64,000 nt of DNA, from positions 124,001-188,000 of the forward strand of contig JALDZX010000040.1 of assembly GCA_022813865.1 (NCBI GenBank), written 5' to 3'. The notes below the pieces were generated by a model, which saw only the letters and a list, made by a program, of their open reading frames with translations, made no database searches and had not been told where the DNA came from. Made by a program: the position numbers and the translations under genes. Shown piece by piece: positions 25,537 to 38,272 of the stretch. Numbering within the stretch: the stretch's first letter is position 1; the number at the start of each line of letters is the position of its first letter. The stretch comes from Xylographa opegraphella (lineage: Eukaryota).

Positions 25537-26776
25537 CTACTTCGCCTTCAGCATATTCTCCACGCCTTCCTCCAGTTTCGCACAATCAGTTACAAAGCCC
25601 CACGTGCGTGCACAATTCCATTCCACCATCTCGCTTGCGAACGTTGGGCTTGTCGTCCCACATGCGTCCCTTAGAAGTATACAGTCCCAACCCTTTGTGA
25701 AGGCGTCTTGCAGACTCCCTCCCACACATTGATCGGTGTTCACGCCGGCAAACATGAGCGTCTTGATCCCCTCCTTCTCAAGGAAGTCGGTACAAGGTGT
25801 GCCAGAGCCCCACAAGCCAGACATACGATTTTTATGTATCCATATATCAGGGTTGTGGTCGATCTTCTGGCCTTCCTTGTATGCCTTATCTAGTGCTGGC
25901 GGTAGAGCGGCATTCCAGGTATCTCTCATGAGGAGCTTCCCTCCATCAACTGTTGTCCCGTCCTCTAGTATGACCGGCCCAATATCACTGCCAAGTCCTT
26001 GATACAATCGTTTTGGCTTTCCATTTTCGGTCACTTCTGCTGCGTCAATCTTTCCATTTTTGTCGTTCGCGATGAGCTCGGCTGCGGATTGATTGACCCC
26101 ATGGGCATCCACAGCTGGAGTAGATCTTTCACTGGCAGCCTTATTGAGTGCCGCCTCGAATCCAAAGGCTCTCCGAGTGCTAGCGGGCATATTCTCGATG
26201 TCTTCGCTGGTTAAGCCCCAGTTCAACCATATCACCCGAATCCCTGCCTTTCGTGCCGCTGGAATGGCGGTGTTCACGAGACAACGGCCTGCCATGTTTC
26301 CAGCTCCATCAGCTGGGCGACCCAGACAGGTGGAGATGAAGAAATTCTGCATGTCAATAATGACCAGGGCTGTCAAAGCAGGTGAAATCAATACGGAGGA
26401 CGTTGTTGTGGAGAGTTTTATGGAAGCTTTGGAAGATGGTTCAGCATATAAAGGAGGAGCCGGTCGGGTCAGATCGAAAGTTGGCGGAGAAGCACTATGC
26501 ATCCACTGGATGAAATCAGAGGTTAGGACTTGCATTCGAGGCACATCTGAAGATGCGAGACATATAAATGCAGAGAGGAATCAAAAGTGAATTCAATGCA
26601 CACGAAACGTGTCTCACTACTCAAAACATGTACGAATCTGAAAGGATGACTGTGCAAAGATCACTTACGTGGTTCGGCACCTTGCCAATCAAAGCTCGAT
26701 GTGAAGGTGTACTCTTGGGGTCATCCACATCAGTCTCCGGGTGAGCTGTGTTTGGATTGGTGAGCGAGGGCGCCAT
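25537..26776 (-). CDS. Isochorismatase-family cysteine hydrolase
   Basis: Exon 1 from ATG 26776, intron 26506..26668. Catalytic triad contexts IIDMQN (D), HKNRMSG (K) and GVNTDQCV (C). Confidence 0.88.
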
Positions 26777-27843
26777 GATCAATGTGAGCTCGGATGTCTA
26801 CTTGTCGAAAACAGAAAAGTCCGAGCAGCAGAGGACAAACAGCACGGTCAATGGACAAGGCAAAGAATGTAGAAAGAAATCCTCGTCTCGCGCTTCTCCT
26901 ACTAACCCCGCAAGTAGATAACCTTCCATGATAGGCAGGTCTAGGTGGAAAGATCGCCCAGATTAAACCTCCACCGTCCTCGATAGGATAATCGGTATGG
27001 TAAATGCTCAATAAGATACTCGAACAATTTACGGCAGAGGCTCCATAAGCACGGTCGTCAGTGGTCGCAACACCACCCCATGCTCTGGCGGCCTCGTTGG
27101 TGCTGCCAAGTGTAATTTCAACGAGTTTTGCCCCACTCCAGTAGACCATACGACTGTTCAATCAGGCATAGTCCCGTAGTGTGATGGGTATAGACCACAT
27201 CGAAACACGTCGTTGTTCAAGATCTTGCTCATCGCGCGATGTGAAACAATTGTGTTCCATCAGCCCGAGACCACGCAGGTGGGGGAAGAGCACAGCCGCT
27301 AGCGGGTTAGCCCAGCCTTACGGACCTAGCGCTTTACCGGGACAAGGCCCGGTGGCTGCTCGGCAAGGGTGGAGAGGCTCATCTGCAACGCAGCGTTGCA
27401 TGAGGAAGTGCGAATCCAGGCTTGACGACTTCCGAGTCTGATCTTGAGGTACAGCGTGTTCGGTGCGAAGAACGTCGACATCGTGGCCGTCTTTGCACAC
27501 GCACGAAGCGGCTGAGGCCCGTCACAGCCAGTCCTCCATAGGCCTTGGGTCGCTCATTATGTTCACACAATCCATGCCCCGTCTCCATCCGCCCAGCTAA
27601 AGCAGTACGTGTGCGCCGAGCGTGATCGCACCTATACCAGTGCTTCAATTTTACATTCGATGCGACAGTGCTCAGGATTGCCTATCACAGGTCGATGACG
27701 GCCTCATTCGACAAGCAACATTCTTCGCCCACACAATCTGGCACCTGCCCGAAGGTCAGGGCTGTGCATCGCTCTGGGAATCCGACTCCGCCTTAACGTG
27801 GGAATCGGTCGAACCTAGGCTTTGGAAGCGCATAGCTGAAGAG

Positions 27844-30800
27844 ATGGCTTATAATCAGAACGGACAAGGCTATTATCACCATCAAACCAATTCGCAAGGA
27901 TCTGGGGGTTCACCATATCAGTATGGCAATTACCATACGCCTTTCGTTCCTCAGCCGCAGCAAGCTTTGAGACGAGAATCAAGCTTTGATCCGGGGGACG
28001 ACAGGACTGCTCCAGAAGGGAGATACCAGAACTATGATGGTCCTCCAGGACGTCCTACGTATGGAACAGGTCATAGCGTGGGCGCACAATACCCCACGTC
28101 TCAGAGTCCGATAGTCCGCAATAACTCAAACGGCTCTGCCGCGAATGTGGGCAGTCAATACTACGGATCACCTTCACAATCACCAAACTTAGGCTCTCAC
28201 TCCAGCTACAATCCCCAGGAATACGGACGGCCTCAATCCCATTATTCACAGCAAGTTTACAGGACTCCGAGTAGCAGTCAAAGTCCCGGAGGCTACCAGC
28301 CATATGTTCCTGCTGCGTACCAGGCAACAAATATCATATCGCAGCCGCCATATCCGTACCAAGCCCAAGAATCGGTTTCGGGTGCCTATGGGACTGGATT
28401 ACTACTACAGGGTGCCGTATACAATTCTACGCTTCCAGCTCTTCCGTACGAGCAGTCTTTTAGCCAGAGGATTTCTATGCCTTCCGTACCACAATATCAA
28501 AACCAACAGCCAGTAGACTCATATCGATATGGCTCACTTCCCCAAATTCCTGCTCCTACCTCCATTGCACAAAGACAATCCGCCTATACTCCGCCGGCTC
28601 CGCCACCTCCACCATTCTCCCCCAGTCGTGACGCTTTCCAACCAGCTATAAATCTGCCTGGCGCCACTCGCTCTTACACTCATAATACTTCGTCTGAAAG
28701 TCCAACGCAATCTGGAAACGATCTTCAGGGATTGCCATCTCTACCAAATTACCGAGGTGGAGCAGATTACTCAACGCCGGCTTCAAGTTCTCGACAATCC
28801 ACCTCACCACGGCCGTCTCCCAACGTATCATTGCCTCCCACTCCTGGGCCACGACCACCACAGCATTCGCCTGAACGTACAAATATCACAAGCCGACATC
28901 CGCAGCGAAGGCCTCTCCCCGGTCCTCCTCAATTACCATTCGAAGGGACGAACTACTTTGATTCAACAAACAGCGAAGGGAGTGATGGCACGGAAGAGCA
29001 ATTCGGGTATGATGATATCATGAAGGAGGTCGAAGCAGCTGTGATGGGTCGGCCGCCAAGCTCATCACGACCAAGTCCACGAATGGAAAGGATCAACTAT
29101 CAAGCTCCTATAAATGAAGAGGAGGAGCCTCAGCCCCTGTTTACTACAACGTCGCAGTGTAATCTCACTCCAGATCTGGGCCACACCCATACCAATGGCA
29201 TGAGCACAATGAATTCGACTATCGGTGTGAATTACAGCGCCTACAGCGATGAAAGCGATGCGGAGGCGGCGGCTGGACTGGCTGCTATGCAACTTGAGGA
29301 AGAGCGAGAAGCTGCAGATGCTGTTCGAAGGCGTAACGGTACTGTCACCGGTCATAGCTCGTATGGACCCTCTCAAAGTTCAATACAACACCCTCAGCAA
29401 GTGGAGCTCAGCAGTGACAGCGATGTCCCCATAGATCTAGAAACTTACGGCAGTAGCTTTCCGACGCAGCTTAATTACCATTATGGAAACGAGCAGAGTA
29501 TTGACTTGGGTATCAAGAGCATCAATGGAGGATCGTGTTTAAATTACCAAAATTCGACCGGTGGATCAACCAGACGGTCCAATATGTCTAGCGAAGTTCT
29601 TGATGCAGATGATAGCTATTTTATGGAGGACGATTCCATACATCCTTTCCCAACCTTTGGCGCAAGGGTTGATACGGGTGGGACCGGAGGTCTCTCGGAA
29701 CCGAGCTCCCAGTCACGTAGATTAAGCTTCGAGGATGACGATGAAGCTGGTCTGACGGACTCTAGATATGGTGACACTTCTGGCGCCCCGAGTGCAGCAA
29801 GAGATCCAGTCTATCGTGCGGCTCAGCACCCAACGAGAGCCGCAAGTCGTCCTCTTCCTCAACTCCCCGGATTATTGACTTCCGAGTATTATCGACAACG
29901 GCAGCCAGTGGATCAGTTTGGCCGACCAGCTTATCCCTTGAGACCTGACGAATATGATCAAGCATATACGCCATCGGGAACACCGGTTCAAAAATCCAAT
30001 TCCATTGGGAGTCATAGCACCACACCACTGGTGATTCCTCCCGGTCGCTCCATTACCGATGCAGAACAGCGACGACGGCACCAGCAATCACTGGGGTCGC
30101 GATCTATCAGTGGAAATGATGTCAACATCGCTAGTGATAATTCTCGGCTGAGCAACGTAAAACTTGATGACATTGATCTCCCTACAATACCGGCAGGGCG
30201 ACGGAAGAAGTTCATCCCTGCAAAGCTTTCCAGTGCTGACTTCAAGCGTTGCTCAGAACCATGGGCTCTAAGCTCAATTCTTTCATGGATCCGTGAGATG
30301 ACCGAGGGCGAATCTGATCTAAAGGAGCAAGCAATTATAGATGGCGTGGTCGCTTTGTTCACCCATAAGGTTCCTACAATGAATACTGCTGATGCAGAGA
30401 TGCTCAGTTTCCAGGTCATTCATCTCATGTTCGAGGCCAATGCTCTAATTAAAGAGGAAGAGTGGGTTAAATTAGGGACAGAGCCAGTGTTTGGTGTACT
30501 GTTCCAGCTCACAGGGACCGGTTGTTATTCCCCTCGGGTACATACGACAACTATGTCGGGAAGGTGCTATGCCCATCATTGTATGAGAACTCTCAAGAAG
30601 ATAAATCTCCAGCCACAAAAAATCAAAATCACCAAGGAGGAGGACCATTGGGATATACATTATGGGGTATCAAAGGAAGTCCGTGATAAAGCCCCCAAGA
30701 AGGAGGTTGAGAGGCAAAACGTCCTTCATGAAATTGTAACATCGGAGGAGGATTTTTTGCAACAAATGATGGTGTTAACAGATTTGTACAGAGCTGGTCT

Positions 30801-33189
30801 TGTGCAATCTCAGCAATCGATTATTGGACCAAAGAGACTGGAGTCCTTTGTGAAGGATGTCTTTGGCAAGGTGGACGCAGTGAAGAAAGTCAACGAAGAC
30901 AATCTATACTCGCAACTTAAATATCGGCAAAAAGAACAGGGTCCTTGGATAGTTGGATTCAGTGATCTGTTCCGTGAGTGGGTCAGAAAGGCTAAGCCTG
31001 CGTTTGTAGAGTATGCTGCCAACTTTCCAAACGCTACGCTCCAGATACGCAGGGAGGCAGAACGAAACGTACTTTTCCGCCAATTCTTAGAACAGGTACA
31101 GAGCAAAGCAGAATCAAAGCGACTGGGATGGGATACTTATATCAAAGCTCCGATCACTAGACTTCAGCGTTATGGACTTCTACTATCCACCGTCCTTAAG
31201 TCCACCGTCCAAGAAAGCGCAGAAAAGGCGAACTTAGTGATAGCAATAGAAGAGATAAGAGTTGTGACCCACGAATGTGATGCTCGAGTGGCAGAAATGT
31301 CCAAAAGGGTTGATCTTTCTGATCTGCAAACGAAACTGAAACTTCGACCGGGTATGGAAAAGGTACAGCTCAACTTGATGCATCGTGGAAGAGAGATTGT
31401 CTTCCAAGGCGATCTCCAAAGAAAAGGCACCAACAAGGTCTCCTGGTTGGATACTCATGCAATCCTCTTCGATCACTTTTTGGTTTTAGCCAAGCCAATA
31501 CGACAGCGAGATGCAGCAGGTGGTTTGAAACATGAACTCTACGATGTTTCCAAGCTGGTAAGATATACATGTGGCTTATATCTTGAATCAGCTAACACGT
31601 TCTAGCCTATACCAATGGACTTACTCGTGCTCGACAGTACTAACGATGAGCCTGTCGTGAAGTCATCTGTGAAGGGGATCACCTCAGTTTCGACAGTTAC
31701 CAGCAGAGTTCAGACACCTCAGGAATCATGGTTAGGGAGAACCACCTCGAATCAAAATACTGGCACTGGTCCTGGAACACTCGTGCACACCAATACCGGT
31801 ACCTCTACTACCTCCAACAGCTCCAGTCAAACAGTGACAGTAATTGATGCTCAAAATGAGAAGACGATCTTTCCGTTCAAAGTCAAGCACCTTGGAAAAG
31901 CAGATGTGTATGTATTGTTTGCTCCTACTGCACAAAATCGGGAAGAATGGTGTCAAAAAATACTTCAAGCCAAAACTCGACACGCTGCGTCTCTTTTTGC
32001 GCAGAAAGCAGAGCCGTTCCGGCTACGTGTTATGGCCGATACTGCTTTTGCACTGGACTCGATGGCCCCGGCATCCAAGAGCATTGTAATCAACGGTACA
32101 CCCCTGGACCGTGCAATCCGAGAAGTCGAAAGAACCTTCGAAGGAGCCGGACAGCGACCGCCTCCTGTTTGCAGAGCTCAAGTCAATTGTGCCACAGCTT
32201 TCAATCAGCCATTTGGGAAACACATGGTGGCGATCGGAACGGACTTCGGTGTTTTTGTTTCCGAGTACGGTAATCCTCGAGGGTGGTCACGAGCCATCGC
32301 AGCCTCGCGAGTGACCCAGATTGCTGTGCTCGAAGAGTTTTCATTATTACTCGTCATTGCGGACAAGTCACTGATAGCCTATCATCTCGAATCCGTGTGT
32401 CCTATTGGAGGGGTTCAGGCCGCTGGTATCGAGGCATCTGCACGGCGTGCACCGCAAAAGCTGTCCGGCACCCGGGATATCGGCTTTTTCGCAACGGGCC
32501 GGATGAAAGACCGCATGCTGGTGTTTTACAAGAAAAAAGATGGGATATCGTCTACCTTTAAAGTCCTGGAGCCTGTCTACCACAAATCGGCCACCACGTC
32601 CCGGAACCGGTTTGGCATGCGGAAGGGCACGACGGAGTACTTCCGGGACTACGACGAATTCTACGTACCGAGTGAAACATATGGAATCAACCTCTTCCAC
32701 TCGAGCCTTGCGGTCGCGACCACGAAGGGATTTGAGGTGATGGCCTTGGACAAGAAGGTCCCGTTCAGCATCCCGGACCTCAAGAGTCCCGATGTGGCTT
32801 CCATTGCAAGCCGAGTCCGAGACCAGCGGCCTCTGGGGATGTTTCGGCTAACGGAAGACGAATTCCTTCTCGTGTTTGAAGAAGTGGGCATCTATGTCGA
32901 CAAGTTCGGCGATGTGTCCCGCGCGGTGGTGTTGGAATTCGTGGGGAAAGCTCGGCAAGCCGTGCTTTTTGGAGGGACATACCTGATCCTCGTGGACAGC
33001 GGGTCGGGTTTTGTGGAGGTCAGGAACGCGGTCAATGGGCGACTCCGGCAGGTGGTCAGCGGCAGAGACGTGCGACTTTTGGACGACGGAATGAACGGGG
33101 GAACGGTGAAGATATGCATGCAACATCCGGAGATTGAGCGGAGTCAGGTTGTCTTTGAAATGATCGTCAACGAAGGACAAAAGGAATGA
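27844..33189 (+). CDS. Rho guanine-nucleotide exchange factor with DH-PH-CNH domains (Rgf3/Rom2 family)
   Basis: Long Pro/Ser/Gln-rich N-terminus, GTGCYSP..H...GRCYAHHC, DH domain (ERQNVLHEIVTSE...PITRLQRYGLLL), PH and CNH domains. Intron 31558..31605 joins the two ORFs. Confidence 0.92.
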
Positions 33190-33716
33190 TTTGGGTATGA
33201 CGGTTCGAGGTCTGTTTGGCCCCTCTTGGTACGGCTGGGCTCAACTGGGAGAAGGATTGTTTCACGTGTGTATTGCTCATCGGGGGGCCAAACGGGGAGG
33301 CACTCGTCCATACCAATGCGTGGCGTCTGATAGGAGCGTACTGTGTGTTGAGAGCGCGGTGCTCAGTCCCGTTTCGGAGCGACTTGATTTTTGTATATGC
33401 GAGTATAGAGCCGGAAGCGGCCGCCTACATATTCACTGTTCCTAATACCTCACATGGGTACTTCCATTGGAAGGATGGAAGATGGTGTCTCTTCCAGCTC
33501 AGGGCCGTCGTCGTCCAATAGGAGGTTTCCGCATCTGCCGACAAACTCCGGGCGTGACGTTGATGTACCCCACATCCACGTTTATGATGTATGTATTCGC
33601 TCCATCCTAAGGGACGACTTTCACATTCACATTCAGTCCCAACGTTTTCAAACTCTGAAAGGAACACAGTTCAACTCAATATAGATTCGTGATTAGATCC
33701 ACCCCTCACCCTCACA

Positions 33717-34968
33717 ATGGTCAAAGCAGGTAAGCCACCACTTCTTCATCTATGTCGAGTGGGGGCCTGCTCCCATCATTGTACCCCGCCAATTCGCTAC
33801 CGAGGCTGGTGATGGGAGCACGATTGAGCAAGTTTGCCTTGACTGGCTCAGAGGATGCAGAGCTATCGTCGGATCTTGCACACGCATTTCGAAAACAGCC
33901 TTCAGCGAGTTCGGAACGACATCTCTGTCGGTGTCATTGACCCTGGAGCAGCTCTCGCTTCTTCTTCACACCTTTATGCTTTCCTCGTCGTTCTCTCCAC
34001 AAATGAAGTCGATGCGTCTCCCAGACTGACCGGATGTGTGTTTATCGTAGTTGCCGTCCTCCGGGGAGATTCCAAGGTTTTGGGCACCGTCACCTTCGAG
34101 CAGTCGTCCGAGTCCTCCCCAACGACCATCACCTACGACATCACTGGCAATGACGCCAGCGCCGAGCGTGGCATGCATGTCCACCAGTTTGGCGACAATA
34201 CCAATGGCTGCACCAGTGCCGGCCCTCATTGTGAGTAGCTCTGTACCCGAGACATGTTCCAGACAGGAGAGGGTTGGAGGATCGTTGTCGCTCGAGTCTG
34301 AGCTGTTGAGGTGTCCGCGCCTGCTGTCGTACAGCCGGCTTCTGTACCAGCATGTTGTGGAGTCCCGAATGACGCGGGTCTCAAAATATCAGGAAGTGGC
34401 ACTTGGCTAACAGATCCTTCTCCGATTCAGTCAACCCGTTCAGCAAGGAGCACGGTGCCCCCTCAGATACCAACCGCCACGTCGGTGATCTGGGCAACAT
34501 CAAGACCGACGCCCAGGGGAACGCCAAGGGGAGTATGCAAGACAGCTTGATCAAATTGATCGGCGAATCGAGTGTCCTCGGGGTCCGTTCTATCCTCCCA
34601 ATTGTCCTTTTTCCCTTCACCTCCATCAAATCTCCTGCACTTCCAGCTACATATCCAACATACCCCCCCCACCCTTCCATTCACCACTCATCCAAATCCC
34701 GCCTGCCTCCCGTACGACCTCTTGCACCACAAACTCACTGACATGCGCTCCAGCGCACCATCGTCGTACACGGCGGAACCGACGACCTTGGCAAGAGCGA
34801 CCACCCGGAGAGCAAGAAAACCGGGAACGCCGGCCCCCGGCCTGCGTGCGGTCAGTACCCCGTGCTTCCAATACACACTACGACGTATACGACGTAGCCT
34901 CTTGTGACATTAAGTATCATAACTAACGGAGGTATGCCCGAATAGGTGTCATCGGCATCGCCGCATGA
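33717..34968 (+). CDS. SOD1: Cu/Zn superoxide dismutase
   Basis: Exons 33717-33729, 34051-34230, 34431-34582, 34754-34850 and 34946-34968. Metal ligands are intact: [42 protein letters not shown]. Confidence 0.97.
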
Positions 34969-35410
34969 ATAGACATGAGAAATCTATCTCGCACGAGAAG
35001 AGTTCGTAGGACGGGGAATTTAGGCGGATGGAAGGCTGTTCTTCGTTGAAAAATCAGATGGGCGTGTAGTGAAGGGGTTATGTCATCAAAATGCCTCAAA
35101 AAGGCTTCAATGTCTCAACTCCAAAATCTGATCACGTGCACATGTACCGCGGCTTGCCCATCCATCGAACGGCACATAAGAATCCCTCTTTTCAACCGCC
35201 ACGCGGCTACGGCGTAAGGGGGATGCAGCACCTCGGAAGCCTGTCCAAGACCAGACCGGCACCGAGTCGCACAGGCACAGCCACACGAGCGGGCAAAAAA
35301 TCTCATTATCCATCTGCGTGACGGATCTCACCGACCTGCAAAACAGTCTCACTTCCTCCGCCCTTTCCCATCTCCCCGCCACACATCCGATCCCCACCCC
35401 CCATTTCACT

Positions 35411-38272
35411 CTACCTCAACTTATCCACCACCTCATCGTCCCCAAACTCCCCATACTCCCACCCGCCAACCCTCTCTTCTTTGGCCCGCGCCTCCTTCTC
35501 CCTCAGTCCCTTCAGCAACTCCGACCCCTCCGCCTGGCGCTCCCACCCCTTCAGCACGCGCCTCACCACGGCCAAGCCCTCGGCGACGACGTCGGCGTTC
35601 ACGCTGTCCGTGACGGCGCGGTCGAGGTCCTTGGGGAACAGCACGACGTGCATGAGGCCGCCGTCCTTGGCGTCCGTGTACTCGACGCTGACGACCATCT
35701 CGCGCCCGTTGACGCGCTCGTCGAGGTACGCGTGCGCGTCCGCGACGTACTCCTTCGCCGTCGGCCACTGTACATACGCCAGCGCCGCCTCCTGCGCCTG
35801 CGGCTTCAGCGTGCGGGCATCGAACTGGGGCGCCAGGGCCCGCAGCTCCGCCCACGGCAGCTTCTCCTCGTTGCCGTAGTCCACGTACACGACCTCGGAG
35901 GTCTTGGCCTCGCGATCGTTGCGCCGGACCCGGGCGCGGTACCAGGAGCCGTCTTCGGAGAAGCGGGCAGCGACGTAGTCGCCTGCTTTGGGAGGGTTGG
36001 GCAAGGGGGCTTTGTTCGCGGCGGAGAGGTGGAAGGCCCGAAATTTGGACATCATTTCTTCGAGGGCACCGGTGCCGGTGCCGATGAGTTGAAGTTTGAG
36101 ACGGAGGGTCAGGGGGTCGATATGCGTGATGACTGCTTCGCGGTAGTCAAGTTTGCGCGGTGGAGGCGGGGTGGAGGTACCGTTCGCGGCTGTTGCTGTG
36201 GTGCCGTTTGTGGGAGCAGACGAGGGATCTTCTTGTTTTTCTGCGGCGTCGGCGCTGGGGTCGTAGTCGTGCCATAGTCCTTTTCTGGCGTCTTTGGCTT
36301 TCTGTTCCGCGGCGAAGAGTTCGGCGCCATGAGGTGATTGCTCGGCGGAGTAGGCATGTACGGTCGCGAGACCTTCTTCCAGAAGGAGCTTTGAGAAGTT
36401 CTCCCGGTTGATGAATAGCGTGCCTATGAAGCCTCCTACCTTGTCTGTACCTTCGATATCAATCTCGACGTCCCGTTGCATGCATTTGCGACTGGCAAAG
36501 TCGTGGGCTTCTTGGCCGAAAGGCTCCGAGGTATCAGTCGCACTCCGTGCTGAACGAGGAGCCCGAATGCATGATAAGACCAACGTGAGTTTGGCATTCT
36601 CTCTGGGTATCAGTACTGTGAACCTGGAAGCTCCTTTCACAAAGTCCACAACCGCCGGAACCTTTTTCTGCCGTTGTAACACAGATGCTTGAACCTTGGC
36701 TTTCTGGAGGGATTCGGAGTAGTCGACATAAGCTTTGGTAGCAGGGGGTTTTTCTGACCACATCCCCTTCTTCTCTTCCTGTGCAGCTACTTCAGCCGCA
36801 AGAAGGTCATCATATTGAGGGCTTCGGTCATCTGCCATCCGTCAGACACAATAGTAAAAATTGATCACTGTTACATACCATCGTCTCTTCTGTGTCGAAT
36901 CACGGATGCATACCCGGACTCGACAAGTTGCAGCGCCACGTTCTTGGCATTTTGCATGACGGTTGCCACCTCTCTCTCTTCATAACCATCCGAAGCTGCT
37001 TTCTTCCCATCGACAGTCATTTTTACATGTTTGCCAATCAACCTCTTCCTAAGAAACTCCTTAGCTTCGGCCTGAAAAGGTGCTTGCTTGGGGTCCGATG
37101 GCTTAGGCTGTCTTATACTGCTCAGATTTACACGTTTTTCTGGACCTGTCCGACTTCGTACGTATATTGTATCTGCCGTCTGAACTCGGGTAACAGTAAC
37201 TTCCGTGTCTCCTGCTAAGGCTTTCGACGCGACGTGACCTTGGAACAGTCCAATTTTCTTATTTTTTGCGTGCTTTTCTGCCTCTCGCAGCTTGGCCATC
37301 TCCGGTCCAAGCATGGTAGAATGGTGATCTACACACCGCGCCAAGCCCTCACGAAGAACGAATTCGGCAATGCTGCCGTTTGGATGCATTACACTCGCAA
37401 CCAGAGTACCCTGCGGACTAACTCCAAGGATATTGACTAAAACACCACGCTGCAGTAGTCGATGTTCAATGAAGAATTGAGCCTCCTCTCCAAACGCTTC
37501 GGCTTCCTGTTCTTTGCCGTCCGCAGTTGTGCGCTTTGTACTTGGCGCACGTATACCAGCAATAAGTACCAGTGTCTGTATGTGTTCGGTAGAATTGACC
37601 TTTAAGCGTACAATCAAGCGGTCTCCGGTCAGAACCCTCTCAACTATCCCATCTATCGGTTTTCCCTTCCATTCCTCAGCAAAAGCCTTTGGATCTGGAA
37701 CCTCATACTTCGATTCTATCCTTCCTCCCTTGCCAGCCCATAGACCTCGGGAGTCCGCTTTGGCTTCTGCTTCTGCGGACTTGAGCTTCTCGAGGACTGC
37801 TTTTGCGGTGTCGGACTCAGTGTTTTTGCCTGCTTCGTCTCTGAGCTTAAGCCACCCGTCTGCAACCGCAAGTCGTGGTAATATTCGTCCATCTTGTAGT
37901 ATGACAATTCCATAATCTCGTAGCTGGCCATTCGAAGAGAGTGGGATATTATAGATGACCTGAAACTGTACAACTTTTCCCACAACAAGTTTGCGCAAGA
38001 AATCTCGAGATTCGAATGCAAATGGCTAAAGTCGGTGTCTTGTTAGCCCCTATTCAGAGCCCAAACAGTATGGACTCGGAGGAATCCCCTGCACAATGGA
38101 TATTCTGGAGGACCGAAAATGCCATACTGACCTCATCCCCATCTCGCTTCATTCGTGGCGCATTGACGAATGCCAAACAGAATGTCCTCTCTTGATGTGG
38201 ATTTTTGGTAGAGGTCAGGATGAGGGTGTCTCCGGAGAGGGTGCTCTTAACCATGGCTTGATTAATCGACAT
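35411..38272 (-). CDS. SND1: Staphylococcal nuclease and Tudor domain protein (Tudor-SN)
   Basis: Repeated SNase units (LSGDTL, VLTGDRL, VQTADTI, EPFGQEA) and a Tudor domain (ARFSEDGSWYRARV...VYVDYGNEE). Introns near 38026-38130 and 36832-36877. Confidence 0.93.

Noticed and set aside
18936..26776. Nitrogen-scavenging cluster (DUR3-like transporter, SDR, isochorismatase hydrolase)
   Set aside because: It is interrupted by housekeeping TAL1 and there is no shared regulator or pathway evidence, so adjacency alone is insufficient.
35318..36277. 319-aa + strand ORF antisense to SND1, and similar shadow ORFs over CSN6 and the DUF4336 gene
   Set aside because: Stop-codon depletion from locally high GC explains them, and they carry no protein motifs.
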